Source: Squalus acanthias (Eukaryota). From it: a DNA stretch of 64,000 nucleotides. The stretch covers positions 48,732,001 through 48,796,000 of the forward strand of contig CM059443.1 of the NCBI GenBank assembly GCA_030390025.1, written 5' to 3'. The position numbers and the translations under genes were made by a program. The notes under the pieces were generated by a model. It saw only the letters and a program-made list of their open reading frames with translations. It was not told the DNA's origin and did not search any database. Shown one piece after another: positions 35,336-50,127 of this stretch (positions are counted from its first letter, which is position 1; every line of letters begins with the position of its first letter).

Positions 35336-35520
35336 ACATCTTTGGCATCTGCAAAAGCTTCCTTAAAATCTACCTCTCCAACTGAGCATTTGGCCACTTC
35401 CACTCACTCCCCTCCTACCTCAAGTTCCCGTCCTTCCCTGCACTTCTACATTTGCAAAACACCACAAGACCTTTCCCACTTTAAGCGCTCTCCATAAATT
35501 CAGTTCCTTTTTCTCATGAT

Positions 35521-35993
35521 GCCAACTGTGGTTCAATGGGTAGCGCTCTCGCCTCTGAGTCAGAATGTTGTGAGTTCAAGTCCCACTCCAGAGATTTGAG
35601 CACAACAATCTAGGCTGATACTCCCAGTACAGTGCTGAGGGAGTGCTGCACTGTCGGAGGTGCCGCCTTTTGGATGACATATTAAACCGAGGCCCCATCT
35701 GCTCTCCCAGGTCGATATAAAAGGTTACACGGCCACTATTTCAAAGAAGAGCAGTGAAGTTCTCCCGATGTTCTGGTCAATATTTATCACCAACATCAAC
35801 CAACATCACTAAAACACATTAACTGGTCATTATCACATTGCTGTTTGTGGGAGCTTCCTGTGTGCAAATTGACTGCTGCGTTTCCTACATTACAACAGTG
35901 ATTACACTTCAAAAGTACTTCATTGGCTGTAAGTTGCTTTGGGACGTCCTGAGGTTGTGGAAGGTGCTATAGAAATGCAAGTCTTTCTTTTCT
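35521..35993 (+). mobile_element. Full-length tRNA-derived Deu-domain SINE (SacSINE1-like)
   Basis: Pol III A/B-box-like head (tggttcaatggg...gagttcaagtcc), Deu core gtgctgcactgtcggaggtgcc...aaaccgaggcccc, tail aaatgcaagtctttcttt. Confidence 0.8.
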
Positions 35994-36181
35994 TGTAATG
36001 AGCAGGTTTCTGATCAGCACATCTGGATTATCAGAAAGATATTTTCTGCAGTGTGTTCGGAGGCTCATTTCCAGCTGGTTATGATGCTAAGCTGTGATGG
36101 AGAAGTTAGCACAGCTCTGATTGGTTGGGTTAAATTCCGGAACATAGGGTATCATGGAGCGGCTGATAGGGATCTGTGTTT

Positions 36182-37845
36182 ACATAAGAACATAAGATAT
36201 AGGAGCAGGTGTAGCTCATTCGGCCCCTCGAGCCTGCTCCTCCATGCAATAAGATCATGGCTGATCTGATCTTGGCCTCAACTCCACTTTCCTGCCCGCT
36301 CCCCATAACCCTTGATTCCCCAGTTTTTCAAAAATCTGTCTATCCCCGCCTTGTATATATAAACAATGACTCAGCCTCCACAGCTCTCTGGGGTAGAGAA
36401 TTCCAAAGATTCACGACCCTCTGAGAGCAGAAATTCCTCCTCATCTCCGTTTTAAATGGGCAACCCCTTATTCTGAAACTATGCCCCCTAGTTCTAGATT
36501 CCCCCACGAGGAGAAACATCCTCCCTGCATCTACCCTGTCAAGCCCCCTCAAAATCTTATATGTTTCAAGAAGATCACCTCTCATTCTTCTAAACTCCAA
36601 TGAGTATAGGCCCAACCTGCTCAATCTTTCCTCATAAGACAGCCCCTTCATCTCAGGAATCAACCTAGTGAACCTTCTCTGAACTGCCTCCAATGCAAGT
36701 ATATCCCTCCTTAAATAAGGAGACCAAATCTGTACGCAGTACTCCAGGTGTGGTCTCACCAACGCCCTGTACAGTTGTAGCAAGACTTCCCTACTTTTAT
36801 ACTCCATCCCCCTTGCTATAAAGGCCAATATTCCATTTGCCTTCCTAATTAATTGCTGTACCTGCATGCAAACTTTTTGTGTTTCATCTACGAGGACACC
36901 CAGATCCCTATGTTCTGCAGCATTCTGTAGTCTCTCTCCATTTCAATAATATTTTGCTTTTTTATTCTTCCTACCAAAGTTAATAACCTCACATTTTCCC
37001 ACATTATACTCCATCTGCCAAATTTTTCCCCACTCACTTAACCTATCTATATCCCTTTGCAGACTCTTTGTGTACTCCTCACAACTTGCTTTCCCAACTA
37101 TCTTTGTATCATCAGCAAATTTGGCAACAGTACACTCGGTCCCTTCATCCAAGTCATTAATATAGATTGTAAATTGTTGAGGCCCCAGCACTGATCCCTG
37201 TGGCACCCCACGAGTTACAGTTTGCCAACCTGAAAGTGACCCATTTATACAACTCTCTGTTTTCTGTTAGTTAGCCAATCCTCTAGCCAACCTAATATAT
37301 TACCCCAACACCATGAGCTATCATCTTGTGCAGTAACCTTTTATGCGGCACTTTATCGAATGCCTTCTGGAAATCCAAATACACGACATCTACTGGTTCC
37401 CCTTTATCCACCCTGCTCGTTACATCCTCAAAGAACTCTAGTAAATTTGTCAAACACGATTTCTCTTTCATGAAACCATGTTGACTCTGCTTGATTGTAT
37501 TATGATTTTCTAAATGTCCTGCTATTCCTTCCTTAATAATGGATTCCAGCATTTTCCCAATGACAGATGTTTGGTTAACTGGCCTATAGTTTCCTGCTTT
37601 CTGTCTCCCTCCTTTCTTGAATGGGGAAGTTACATTTGGGGTTTTCCAATCCGCTGGGACATCTCCAGAATCCAGGGAATTTTGGTAAATTTTCACCAAT
37701 GCATCCACTATCTCTGCAGCCACTTCTTCTAAGACTCTGGGATGCAGGCCATCAGGTCCAGGGGTCTTGTCAGCCTTTAGTCCCATTAGTTTGCCTAGTA
37801 CTTTTTCTCGAGTGATAGTAATTGTTTTAAGCTCCTCCCTCCCAA
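36182..37845 (-). mobile_element. 5'-truncated CR1
   Basis: Three RT ORF fragments and 3' tail. Confidence 0.92.
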
Positions 37846-38169
37846 AAGTCTGTTCATTATCAATTATTATTGGGCAACTTGAGCATCTGACCGGCACAAT
37901 TCCCCCTGTAATGGCCCTGACAGACTTCACCCAGAAACTCTCCACTCACTGACACAGATGTGTCAGTACTGCAGATCACTATTCCACTAGAGCTCGAATA
38001 AACACAGAACCACATCTCCCAGTCAGACTCGATTGTAACTCAGACATCAGCCGTGTTGGACTGAGGATAGGAGCAGACGTCACTTATCATTTCAGGAACT
38101 CAGTCTGCAGACAGCACCCACCACACACAGTCTGTTTAGAATTACCAGCAGCCAAATTACACAGAGACT

Positions 38170-39602
38170 GGTTACAAACCCCCCATTACAGTCTGGATAG
38201 AGACCCCCCCATTACAGTCTGGATAGAGACCCCCCCCCATCACAGTCTGGATAGAGACCCCCCCCATTACAGTCTGGATAGAGACCCCCCCATTACAGAC
38301 TGGATAGAGACCCCCCCCCATTACAGACTGGATAGAGACCCCCCCCATTACAGTCTGGATAGAGACCCCCCCCATTACAGACTGGATAGAGACCCCCCCA
38401 TTACACAGTCTGGATAGAGACCCCCCCCCCCCATTACACAGTCTGGATAGAGACCCCCCCCATTACAGACTGGATAGAGACCCCCCCATTACAGTCTGGA
38501 TAGAGACCCCCCCCATTACAGACTGGATAGAGACCCCCCCATTACAGTCTGGATAGAGACCCCCCCATTACACAGTCTGGATAGAGACCCCCCATTACAG
38601 TCTGGATAGAGACCCCCCCCCATTACACAGTCTGGATAGAGACCCCCCCCCATTACAAACTGGATAGAGACCCCCCCCCATTACACAGTCTGGATAGAGA
38701 CCCCCCCATTACAGTCTGGATAGAGACCCCCCCCCATTACACAGTCTGGATAGAGACCCCCCCCATTACAGTCTGGATAGAGACCCCCCCCATTACAGTC
38801 TGGATGGAGACCCCCCCCCATTACAGACTGGATAGAGACCCCCCCCATTACAGACTGGATAGAGACCCCCCCCCATTACACAGTCTGGATGGAGAACCCC
38901 CCCATTACAGTCTGGATAGAGACCCCCCCATTACACAGTCTGGATAGAGACCCCCCCCATTACAGACTGGATAGAGACCCCCCCCCCATTACACAGTCTG
39001 GATGGAGACCCCCCCATTACAGTCTGGATAGAGACCCCCCATTACAGTCTGGATAGAGACCCCCCCCCCCCATTACAGTCTGGATAGAGACCCCCCATTA
39101 CACAGTCTGGATAGAGACCCCCCCATTACAGTCTGGATAGAGACCCCCCCCATTACAGTCTGGATAGAGACCCCCCCCATTACACAGTCTGGATGGAGAC
39201 CCCCCCCATTACAGTCTGGATAGAGACCCCCCCCCCATTACACAGTCTGGATAGAGACCCCCCCCCCCCCATTACACAGTCTGGATAGAGACCCCCCCCC
39301 ATTACAGACTGGATAGAGACCCCCCCCATTACACAGTCTGGATAGAGACCCCCCCCATTACACAGTCTGGATGGAGACCCCCCCCATTACACAGTCTGGA
39401 TAGAGACCCCCCCCATTACAGTCTGGATAGAGACCCCCCCCATTACAGACTGGATAGAGACCCCCCCCATTACACAGTCTGGATGGAGACCCCCCCCATT
39501 ACAGTCTGGATAGAGACCCCCCCCCCATTACACAGTCTGGATAGAGACCCCCCCCCATTACAGTCTGGATAGAGACCCCCCATTACACAGTCTGGATGGA
39601 GA
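38170..39602. repeat. Minisatellite, roughly 45-50 copies of ~28-34 bp (C)nATTACA(CA)G(T/A)CTGGATAGAGA
   Basis: Direct reading; variable C-run length; lies in the leader-D1 intron of receptor B. Confidence 0.97.
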
Positions 39603-40714
39603 ACCCTACCGCCCCCTCCACTCACAGTGTCAGTTCCCATTTCTTTGCAGAATAATCGTGGAATGGGTGGGTCTGTAATGTACAGAAGGACCTGAGCTGC
39701 TCCATTTTGCCAGAGTTGCTGAATTCCAGCCCTGGTCCATGTGGTGTTGTGGATCCCGCCCAGTGTGGTTTCCACCCTTTACACTTCTCCGCAGTATTTA
39801 TTGGTGTGAGGCTCAGCTGAGTCATCAACCATAATTGTTACTTTAGAGTTCACAGTGATCGAGTCTGAGCACGAAATCTTACACAGAATTACATAGAATG
39901 TACGGCACAGAAACAGGCCATTCGGCCCAACTGCTCCGTGCCGGTGTTAATGCTGCACAGGAGCCTCTTCCCACCCCTCTTCATCAAACCCTGTCAGCAA
40001 ATCCTTCTCACGCTTCTGAATCTTCCACCATTTAATTCTTAAAGTGAGATATGATTCTGCAGTAAGCGAACTTGGGATAGGATCAGCGCTGTTCTCGTAC
40101 TTCATCTCTGCGCTGTTTTAAAACAGGTGTTGAACCAAAGATGTTTGCAGCACTGAAGGAAACCGTTCGGCCCATCGTGCCAGTGCTGGCTCTTTGCCAG
40201 AGCAAACCCATTGCCCCCCACTCTCCCCACAGCCCTGTATCTTCCTCTGCTTCAAATGTTTTTCCAGTTTTACTTCAAAAGATGTAAAGGTCTCTGCCTC
40301 AACCACCCGGTGTGATAAATTTTTGGGAGCCAAGGGAATTAAGGGATATGGGGATAGTGCAGGAAGGTGGAGTTGAGGTAGAAGATGAGCCAAGATTTTG
40401 TTGAATGGCAGAGCAGGCTTGAAGTGCCAAATGGCCTGCTCCAGCTCCTATTTCTTATGTAAAACAACCCTCTGTGTGAAGAATTTTTTCCTAACCTGTC
40501 TCCTCACTCTCAGTGGCACTTTTGAACTGACGCCCCATGATTAAACCATGTTAAAATGGCCCAGCGAGGACTGTGATGCAAGCTCATTAAACGTCCACAC
40601 GAAAACAGCACTGATATCTTTCAATTCTTATATTTCTCCATTGGGATATAGATAGAAACTGATATTTCCAGATAAGAAATATGCTGCAGGTTAACGTAAA
40701 ATATTAATCCTTAC

Positions 40715-40769
40715 CTGTAGCATGTTGGAACAGAAGGAAAAGACCCACAAACAAAGCACCGAGCGCCAT
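40715..40769 (-). CDS. Receptor B signal-peptide exon
   Basis: MALGALFVGLFLLFQHAT-G with a phase-1 GTAAGG donor compatible with D1 at 32268. Confidence 0.85.
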
Positions 40770-43700
40770 TTCACATTCCTAGCTGGTTCGGAAGCTGGGT
40801 GGCTGTTTCACCATCACACTCTGATCTGTGAGAGAAAATGAGAAGTGCGACCTTTAGAGGTGGTGAAAGAGAAAATCATCTTCCTGTTTGATCAGCTCAA
40901 CTACAACAACAACAACTTGAATTTATATAGCCCCTTTAATGTAGTAAAACATCTCAAGGTGCTTCACAGGAGTGTTACAAAACAAAATTTGACACCGGAC
41001 CACATTAGGGCAGATGACCAAAAGCTTGGTCAAAGAGTTTTGAGGAGCGTCTTGAAGCAGAAAAGAGAGTTAGAGAGGTGAAGAGGTTTAGGCAGGGAAT
41101 TCCAGAGCTTAGGGCCTCGGCAGCTGAAGGCACGGCCACCGATGGTTGAGCGATTGAAATCGGGGATGCTCAACAGGGCAGAATTAGAGGAGCGCAGATA
41201 TCTCGGAGGGTTGTGGGGCTGTGGGTGATTACAGAGATAGGGAGGGGTGATGCCATGGACGGACTTGATAACAAGAATGAGAATTTTAAAATCCAGGCGT
41301 TAATTAACCGGGAGCCAACGTAGGTCAGGTTGATTTGTGAACGGGACTTGGTGCGAGTTAGGACATGGGCAGCAGAGTTATGATGACTCAGATGATATGT
41401 GTGCACTGACATTGTATTAATGGGCCTGGGGACAGCGATTGGGCTGTTCGTTCAACCCTCCAACCACAGAAGGGACTGGAGAGGTGAGACGCTCTGAAAT
41501 ACAAAGTGTATACTATGAGCGTGCCACTGTGTACCACAGTGATAGTGAGTAACACACTCGGCAGCCGTGTCATTTTCTACTGCCCACATAGAACAACACC
41601 TAGTGCAGGAAAGATTGTGAAACACTTACTGAGACATAGAAGGAGGTTTTACATTAACCCACCCACCGGCAAAGTGACAGGATCGGGTGCAACACTGGTT
41701 TTACATCTCGCCCAATTGTACCCTCCATTGAGGTCTGTGTAGAGTAATATTGGGCAGGGTGTAAATGTGGCATTATACTGTGGGGCTCCCCCCGCACCCC
41801 CCTGCCCCCCCCTGCCCCGTTAACTTAAAATGACCCTCAGCTGCTCACCATACATGAAGCATTTGTTCCGTAAGATAAGTGAATCTGGGTGTAAGCTCTA
41901 GTTCCTGAAACTATGGAAACAGAATTTAATTGGACAGGATCAAAGTGGGTTCACTGGTCACTTTGGGGGTCAGCAAGCAATAGCAGACAGAAAGTTTCCC
42001 TGTACTGTAGTCCTGGCCGCAGGAGATTAGATACATTTGCTAAGATAGAGCAACTTGTACACAGTCTGCGAAGGGGGATGAAGAAAGAAAAGAAGAAAGA
42101 AAGCTAGAAAGAAAGACAGAAAGACAGGCAGACAGCCTTGCATTTATAACACGGCATTCATGACCTCAGGGCGTCTCAAAACGCTTTACAGCCAATTATT
42201 TACTTTTTGAAGTGCAGTCACTGTTGTAATGTGGGAAACACGGCAGCCAATATGCACACAGCAAGCTTCCACAAACAGCAATGTGATAATGACCAGACCA
42301 ACTGTTTTTAGTGATGCTGATTGAAATAACTGCTGGCCAGGACACCGGGGAGAACTCCCTTGCTCTTCTTTGAAATAGCGCAGTGGGATCTTTCTCATCC
42401 ACCTGAGCGGGCAGACGGGGCCTCGGTTTCACGTCTCATCCGAAAGACGGCACCTCAAACAGTGAAGGAGGCCATTCAGCCCATTGTGCCTGTGGGTAGA
42501 AAGAGCTATCCAATTAGACCTAGTCCCCTGCTCTTTCCCCGTAGCCCTGCAAATTTGAAATAAGGTTCCCACCTATTTCTAGTGGGCGTGCTGGAGGCCA
42601 TTTTGCTGCCCATCGAGAATTGAGTTGGGCAGACTTCAGGAATCCATTGGGTGGGAGATGGTTTTTCATCTTCATCTGATTTGCAGTGGGATGGAAATCA
42701 CCTCCTGGTGTCTAAAGTGAAGGTTATGTTCCGGAAAGAGTAACGGTCATAAGGAGAGCGAGGCCGGCCTGCGAATGACGCGACAGCGGGGCCACAGATC
42801 CACCTATCCCTGCTCCTATTTCTTATGTTCTTATGTCAGTAATCGGTTAGTGACGGCCGAATGCGCTTCCTGTCTGGGCGCAAAGGTCACGGAATGTGCT
42901 TCCTGTCCTGGATCAAAGGTCAGCAAAGGGTTGGGTCGGGGATAAAATAGCAACTCATGATTTGTATAACAAATCTCATGATTTTTAAGAGTTTGTCTCT
43001 GATTTATGAGACGGTGGGGTTGGCATTACTGCTCACACCCACTTCTACACCAACAAGCTGTAAATAGCTGAGCCTTTTAGACTTGCTTTACTGCCACTCA
43101 TCAGTTAGAATTTCCAATCATCACACACTTCCTGCCACTTTCGTACTGAGTTCATTTGGATTCACTTCACACCAGTCCTTGTTGTGTGTGGTGTTCATAT
43201 TGTAAATAACACCCATTGTTACAGAGTTAGGTGCTGAAGCCTAGGGCTGGACAATGAGCCAAATGCCAGGGTTATGAGGGTAAATTCACTGACTCTATCC
43301 CCTCCCCGCACCCCGCCAGCAGTGAGCTCTGCTTGAAGGAGACACAATCTATCAGAGGGCCACAGTGCTAACCCCTGACCCCTGTTTGAGCATGGCTGCC
43401 CACAAGGAGTGTGGGATTGGTGAATCTAGCGTGAAAGTCCTTTTATCTTACTGAGCCATGCATTGTTTAACATTTCCAACATTAAAATATAAACTTCTAA
43501 TTTCAATGTAGTTACACTGCTTTATGCTTTTCAAAATACTATTCAGAGATCGGCTGGGGGCAGACAATTTGTACCAAACTTTCCCTTACACAATCGTGAA
43601 TTTCCACCTCAGCATCCTCATAAATTGGGTTCCGCGTCCCCCTCCCACTTCCCCCTGAGTCTGATTGCAGTGTCTTCACTGAGATCAGTTCATTCATTCA

Positions 43701-46021
43701 ATTAGTTTGGATTCCTGCTGGACAGATAACACAACTCGTTGTTTAGTTATAATTTTTAAACAGTGTTTATTGAATGACTTTCAATCGCACAAGTTCCATT
43801 TTGTGTCTCACACACCAGCGATGTGTTGTTCTGTCTAAACAGAGTCCAAGGGGGTGAAATTGCTCTTCACCAGTGGCGCGAAACTCAATCACGAATCGAG
43901 CGACCGTTTCATTTCATTTCCATCAAAGTCGAAACTGGCGAGGACCAATTTTAGACCCGAACGTGTAGCTGTTACATTCTTCAACTGTGGGTTCCCATCG
44001 CCCACATCCCGTGTCGGTGAGAGTGGAAATCTCACGTTGAGTCTGTCTCCGTGTTTTGTGTCGGTCGTCACAAAACATTAGAACAATCTGTGAAAGCCAA
44101 GGAGCTGCCGCCAGCGGTTTAATATCATTAGCGGAACACTGGGAGAAGATTTCTCCGCACACAATCCTGCGCTTCAAGCAGCCTCAGTGTTACAATCTGT
44201 GAAAACACACTTGCATTCAAGGGGGTTGGTTGCACACCTGCATTCTGCGTGGTTTCCCTTCCCTGAAAATTAATGAATGGATTGAAAGAAGAAAGCCTTG
44301 CATTTCTATAGCGCCTTTCACGGCCTCAGGACGTCCCAAAGCGCTTTAAAGCAACAAAGTACTTTTTGAAGTGTAGTCACTGTTGTAATGTAGGAAAAGT
44401 GGCAGCTAATTTGCACACAACAAGATTCCACAACAGCAATATGATAATGACCAGATAATCTGTTCTCAGTGATGTAGGTTGATCAATAAATATTGGCCAG
44501 GACACCAGGGATAGCCCCCCTGCTCTTCTTCAAAATAGTGCCATGGGATCTTTTACGCACACCTGAGAGAGCAGACAGGTCTCAGTTTAACGTCTATCGA
44601 AAGACGTCACCTCTGACAGTGCAGCACTCCCTCAGCACTGCACTGGAGTGTCAGCCTAGATGATGTGCTCAGGTCTCTGGAGTGCCATTCAAATTTCTGG
44701 ATATGCATTCTGAGCTTGTCTGAGATTTCACAGCGCAAGCGTGAATCCGTAACATCATCTCTACATGGTCCCACGTTTAGCATGGCTCCCTGTATTCTAC
44801 TCCAACAACGCACCTTGATCCCAGCTTCTGAAGAGCTGCCCCAACGACACCAGTGTGATTTTCTGTTTCCCATACCAGCCGTCGCTACAGCTTCCCCATC
44901 CACCCCACCCCCGCCCGACTCACACTGGGAATTGAGTGCTGTGCTGTGAGACCATGTGTGAGAACTGGGCTGGGCTGGACTGGGCCAAACACATTTCGCG
45001 TCGCTATGCTGCAAGCAGTGGAGAGAGGAGACTGTCATCCAGGCATTCTGGACTGCATTCAAAGCCAGATGCCAGAGAGAAAAAGTGAAAGGGTATCGTG
45101 CTAAAACTGGCGCCAGCTTAGCACGGACTGGCACTCTGACCCAGAGAGGTCACAAGGTCAGGTGGTGCGGGAAAAGTTGGCTCTGCACCAAACCCGTGCT
45201 GTACCAGACCTGGGCCTGCTCGACACTGACACTGGGGCCTAGAAATTGGCTCCGGATGCAGCACACACCGCACACACCCAATGGGGCCGGCGGCAGGAAC
45301 ACGGCACAATGGACCCCCGGCCTCATTAGTTTATCAGTAGCGAGCTGCAGGCTCCAGTCACGGCCCCAGAGGCAGCTCACAGGAGGAGGGAGCATGATTG
45401 GCCGACTGGGACCTGAGCTGATTCCGGGATGGGGGGGGGGGACAGAGCGATGAGGCAAATGGGAGGGGGGCACGCGAGCAGTGTCTGGTAGTGGCTGACG
45501 GTTTTAATGTGGGGCCGGGAGGAGCACGCCTGCTTCCTCCTGATTCACATTCAGGTAAGGATTTGTTTTAATACTTACTCTTTTGGTGGCAGCCTCCAGC
45601 GGTCTCTTTAAGGACCCCTGGTTAGGCCTGGTGAGGCCGCGTGGAGACCTGGTCACCCTGAATTCAGCAGGCCCAAGGCCGGCAGCGTTCAGGAAAAGTC
45701 AGTCTCCGGCTTGGGTCCCAGAACAAGCAGTAGGCCCCTCATTAGCATATTCAAGGTGCCTAACGCCTGTTTCAGGCGATCGCCAGGGACGCCTCTACAG
45801 TGCCCGAACCAATAAGGCATCAGACGTGTTTCCGATGCTATTCGTGCATGGAGGGTTGGCCCCCTAAATTGGACCTCTTTTGCACCCATTATCCACCCAG
45901 AAAAACGGTGCAACGATGTCCAATTAACCCCCACCCCGGGTGTCTGCAGTGGGAAAGTGTTCAATACCCAGTGCTGACCATGATGAGTGTAAAATATATG
46001 TATTTTTTAAATCTTGTACCA

Positions 46022-46323
46022 CTATGGGTTTAAACAAGTTATCCGTTGCCTTTCTCCTGTTACTCGATTATGCTCAGGTTCTTCCATTTTAGCATAAATA
46101 GGATTTTCTTCCATTTTTAACGGGCCAGGTCGTGGATCATCTTCCTCCAGCTGGGACTGTGTCACCGCGTCTACCGGGCAGCCTATCAAAGAATAAATCT
46201 GCTCATTGGACAAAGCAACGGGATCCTCCTTACTGTCCTCTTTGGGCTGTGATTGGCCGTCTGGTTTGAGTTCAGTAGCTGAAGAGGTTTCAACCTGCCG
46301 TCCATGGTCCGTGTGGTCTCTGC
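46022..46323 (-). CDS. Receptor C last coding exon (QIYSLI, NPIYAKM; C-terminus extended relative to A)
   Basis: Homolog of 5599-5849; a 1-nt indel gives ...MEEPEHNRVTGERQRITCLNP*. Confidence 0.75.
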
Positions 46324-46483
46324 CTAGATATTAAGAGAGGAGATCACGTTTGATGGGTTCACTTCCAGTGGGGGACAGATATTGAAAGTGGACTGTCTCG
46401 TTACTTGAGATAAAGGTCCAGGAGCTTTAGAACAGACACAGTGTTGACTGGGAGGATTATACTGAAAGATTGCAACGACTTAC

Positions 46484-46518
46484 ATTTTACTCCCTGGATT
46501 TCAGTTTTGCCTCCATCA
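46484..46518 (-). CDS. Receptor C 35-nt cytoplasmic exon
   Basis: Homolog of 6010-6044, splice sites intact. Confidence 0.75.
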
Positions 46519-49500
46519 CTAGGAAAACAGAAATTAAAACATGTGAATAATGAGTAACATAAGATTCAAACAATATTAAATCGTTGTAAGTGGAGACTAG
46601 GTGAGGTCATTTTCTCCCCAGAGCCTGGATTTGAGTCCAGCCCAGACTGAAATTCTCTCATTCATTTTCTCTCTCTCTGTCTATCTCCCTCTGACTCTCT
46701 GATTGTCTCTCCGACTCTCTTTCTCTCTGTCTCTCTCTCTCGCTGTCTCTCTCTGCCTGTCTCCCTGTCTCTCTGTCTGTCTATCTTGCTGTCTCTCTCC
46801 ATTCTCTCTGTCTCTATGTCTGCCTCTCTCCNNNNNNNNNNNNNNNNNNNNNNNNNNNNNNNNNNNNNNNNNNNNNNNNNNNNNNNNNNNNNNNNNNNNN
46901 NNNNNNNNNNNNNNNNNNNNNNNNNNNNNNNNNNNNNNNNNNNNNNNNNNNNNNNNNNNNNNNNNNNNNNNNNNTGTCTGTCTCTCACTGTCTCCCTCGC
47001 TGTCTCTCTCCATTCACTCTGTCTCAGTCTCTTTGTGTCTGTCATTCCCTCCCTGTCTCTATGTCTGTCTCACTATGTCNNNNNNNNNNNNNNNNNNNNN
47101 NNNNNNNNNNNNNNNNNNNNNNNNNNNNNNNNNNNNNNNNNNNNNNNNNNNNNNNNNNNNNNNNNNNNNNNNNNNNNNNNNNNNNNNNNNNNNNNNNNNN
47201 NNNNNNNNNNNNNNNNNNNNCTCTCTTTCTCTGTGTTGCTCTGTCTCTCTCTCTGTCTCTCTCTCCCTATCTCTATCGCTCTTTGTCTCTCTCTCTCTCT
47301 CACTTTGTCTCTCTCACTGTCTTTGCTGTGTGAGCAGTCCTCTCTGCAATGAGTTTTCACAGTCCCAATCCAGTTCCTTGCCTAAAACTGCGCATCATTC
47401 AGTAAAATATTTGGACTAAATTGATCATTATGGTCAGATAAGCCAAAATATTTTCCTGAGAAATTTATAAAAAAACTTCACACGGGCACAGTGAAAGGAG
47501 CTATTCTGATGTTGGGATAAAGGAGCACTAGCAGGTCAGAGGGCAGAGTGATTTACACGGCCTCCAGCCATTCTATACCTGACTTCGAACTGTTCGGTTG
47601 TGAGATTGGCTGCAAAACCTGGAAATGTTTTATGCTGGGTGGTGGAATAGATTAGTACGGCCCTTTAATATTTTAGGATCTGCCAAGTCCAAATTACTAG
47701 GAATAAAAGTCCTCTTTCTATATCTCTCTGGTCTCTATCTCTGTCTGTCTCTGTCGCACTCTCTGTCTGTCTCTGTCTCTTTCTCTCTAAGGGTCCTTGA
47801 TGAAATGAGGATTGAGAGCAGTTTAGGATTCAGCAAAGGAGGACAAAGGGATTAATTAAGAGGGGGGAAATAGAGTATGAGAGTAAGCTTGCAGGGAACA
47901 TAAAAACTGACTGTAAAAGCTTCTATAGATATGTGAAGAGAAAAAGATTGGTGAAGTCAAGTGTAGGTCCCTTGCAGTCAGAATCAGGGGAATTTATAAT
48001 GGGGAACAAAGAAATGGCAGACCAATTAAATACATACTTTGGTTCTGTCTTCACAAAGGAGGACACAAATAACCTCCCAGAGATGTCAGGGAACATAGGG
48101 TCTAATGAGAGGGAGGAACTGAAAGAAATCAGTATTTGTACGGAACTGGTGTTAGGGAAATTGATGGGATTGAAGGCCGATAAATCCCCAGGGCCTGATA
48201 ATCTACATCCTAGGGTACTTAAGGAAGTGGTCCTAGAAATAGTAGATGAATTACTGGTCATCTTCCAAAATTCTATAGACTCTGGAACAGTTCCCATGGA
48301 TTGAAGGGTAGCTAACGTTACCCCACTATTCAAAAAAGGTGGTAGAGAGAAAACGGGGAATTATAGACCGGTAAGCCTGACATCGGTAGTGGGGAAAATG
48401 CTAGAGTCCATTATAAAAGATGTAATAGCAGAGCACTTGGAAAACAGTGACAGGATCGGTCAAAGTCAACATGGATTTACAAAAGGTAAATCATGCTTGA
48501 CTAATCTACTGGAATTTTTTGAGGATGTAACTGGTAAAATAGATAAGGGAGAACCAGTGGATGTGGTGTATTTGGACTTTCAGAAGGCTTTCAATAAGGT
48601 CCCGCATAAGAGATTAGCGTGTAAAGTTAAGGCACATGGGATTGGGGGCAGGGTACTGACTTGGATAGAGAACTGGTTGGCAGACAGGAAGCAAAGAGTT
48701 GGAATGAACGGGTCTTTTTCCGAGTGGCAGGCAGTGACTAGTGGGGTACCACAGGGATCGGTCCTAGGACCCCAGCTATTCACAATATATATATTAATGA
48801 TCTAGACGAGGGAACTAGATGTAATATCTCCAAGTTTGCAGACGACACAAAGCTGGGTGGGCGTGTGTGCTGTGAGGAGGATGCCGAGAAACTCCAGTAT
48901 GATTTGGATAGGTTGGGTGATTTGGCAGATGCATGGCAAATGCAGTACAATGTGGATAAATGCGAGGTTATCCACTTTGGTGGCAAAAACAGGAAGGCAG
49001 ATTATTATCTGAACGGCAATAGATTGGGAGAAGGGGAAGTGCAACGAGACCTGGGTGTCCTTGTGCACCAGTCGCTGAAGGTAAGCATGCAGGTGCAGCA
49101 GGCGATTAAGAAGGTAAATGGTATGTTGTCCTTCGCAGCGAGAGGGTTCGAGTACAGGAACAAGGATGTCTTGCTGCAGTTGTACAGAGCCTTGGTGAGA
49201 CCACATCTTGAGTATTGTGTGCAGTTTTGATCGTCTTATCTGAGGAAGGATGTTCTTGCCATGGAGGGAGTGCAGCGAAGATTCACCAGACTGATACCTG
49301 GGATGGCAGGAATGACGTATGAGGAGAGATTGGGTCGATTGGGCTTGTACTCGCTGGAGTTTAGAAGAATGAGAGGGGATCTCATTGAAACTTATTAAAT
49401 TCTAACAGGACTAGACAGACTAGGTGCAGGAAGGATGTTCCCGATGGCCGGGGAGTCCAGAACCAGGGGTCATAGTCTAAGGATAAGGGGTAAGCCATTT

Positions 49501-50127
49501 AGGACAGAGATGAGGAGGAATTTCTTCATGCAGAGAGTGGTGAACCTGTGGAATTCTCTACCACAGAAGGCAGTTGAGGCCAACTCATTAAATATATTCA
49601 CGAAGGAGTTAGATATATTTCTTAAGGCTAAAGGGATTAAGGGATATGGGGAGAAGGCAGGGACAGGGTACTGAATTTGGATGATCAGCCATGATCTCAA
49701 TGAATGGCGGAGCAGGCTCGAGGGGCCGAATGGCCTACTCCTGCTCCTATCTTCTATGATTCTATGATTCTATGAATTTGGTCATCTCGTTCCAGTTTGT
49801 AGCTCGTGTGAGCCACAGTACAAAACTACCCCTAAATTGTCACTTTCACTCAAACAGGCCATGAGGTGTGAGAAGTGAAATGTCCGAGCTCCCTCCTGAG
49901 TTTGGAGTTGAGGAGCATTGTTGGGACAGTCCAGAGGGAGCTTTATGCTGCACCTAATCTGGAGTGCTCCAAATGATACTGTGTGGCCACAGTGGAAAAG
50001 TAACCCACTTGCAGAGTGGGCTCCCCTCACCTTCATTACATTAACAATCTCCGAACCCTCCATCCCAAAACAAACCCATGGCCAGTGTTGAACGTTGCCA
50101 GGGGCCGACAGCTGTCACTCTGCTTAC

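Noticed and set aside
37950-38105. Minus-strand SDWEMWFCVY, reminiscent of an Ig F strand
   Set aside because: Stops immediately upstream and no other Ig motifs.
38170-39602. CRISPR-like regular repeat
   Set aside because: No unique spacers, no cas genes, and a eukaryotic context; it is a minisatellite.
39620-39880. Possible extra exon or V segment with RSS (CACAGTG at 39851, 13-nt spacer, acgaaatct)
   Set aside because: Weak nonamer, no V-domain framework in any frame, and the candidate minus-strand exon has an in-frame stop. The receptor V domains are already contiguous, so there is no evidence of V(D)J rearrangement.
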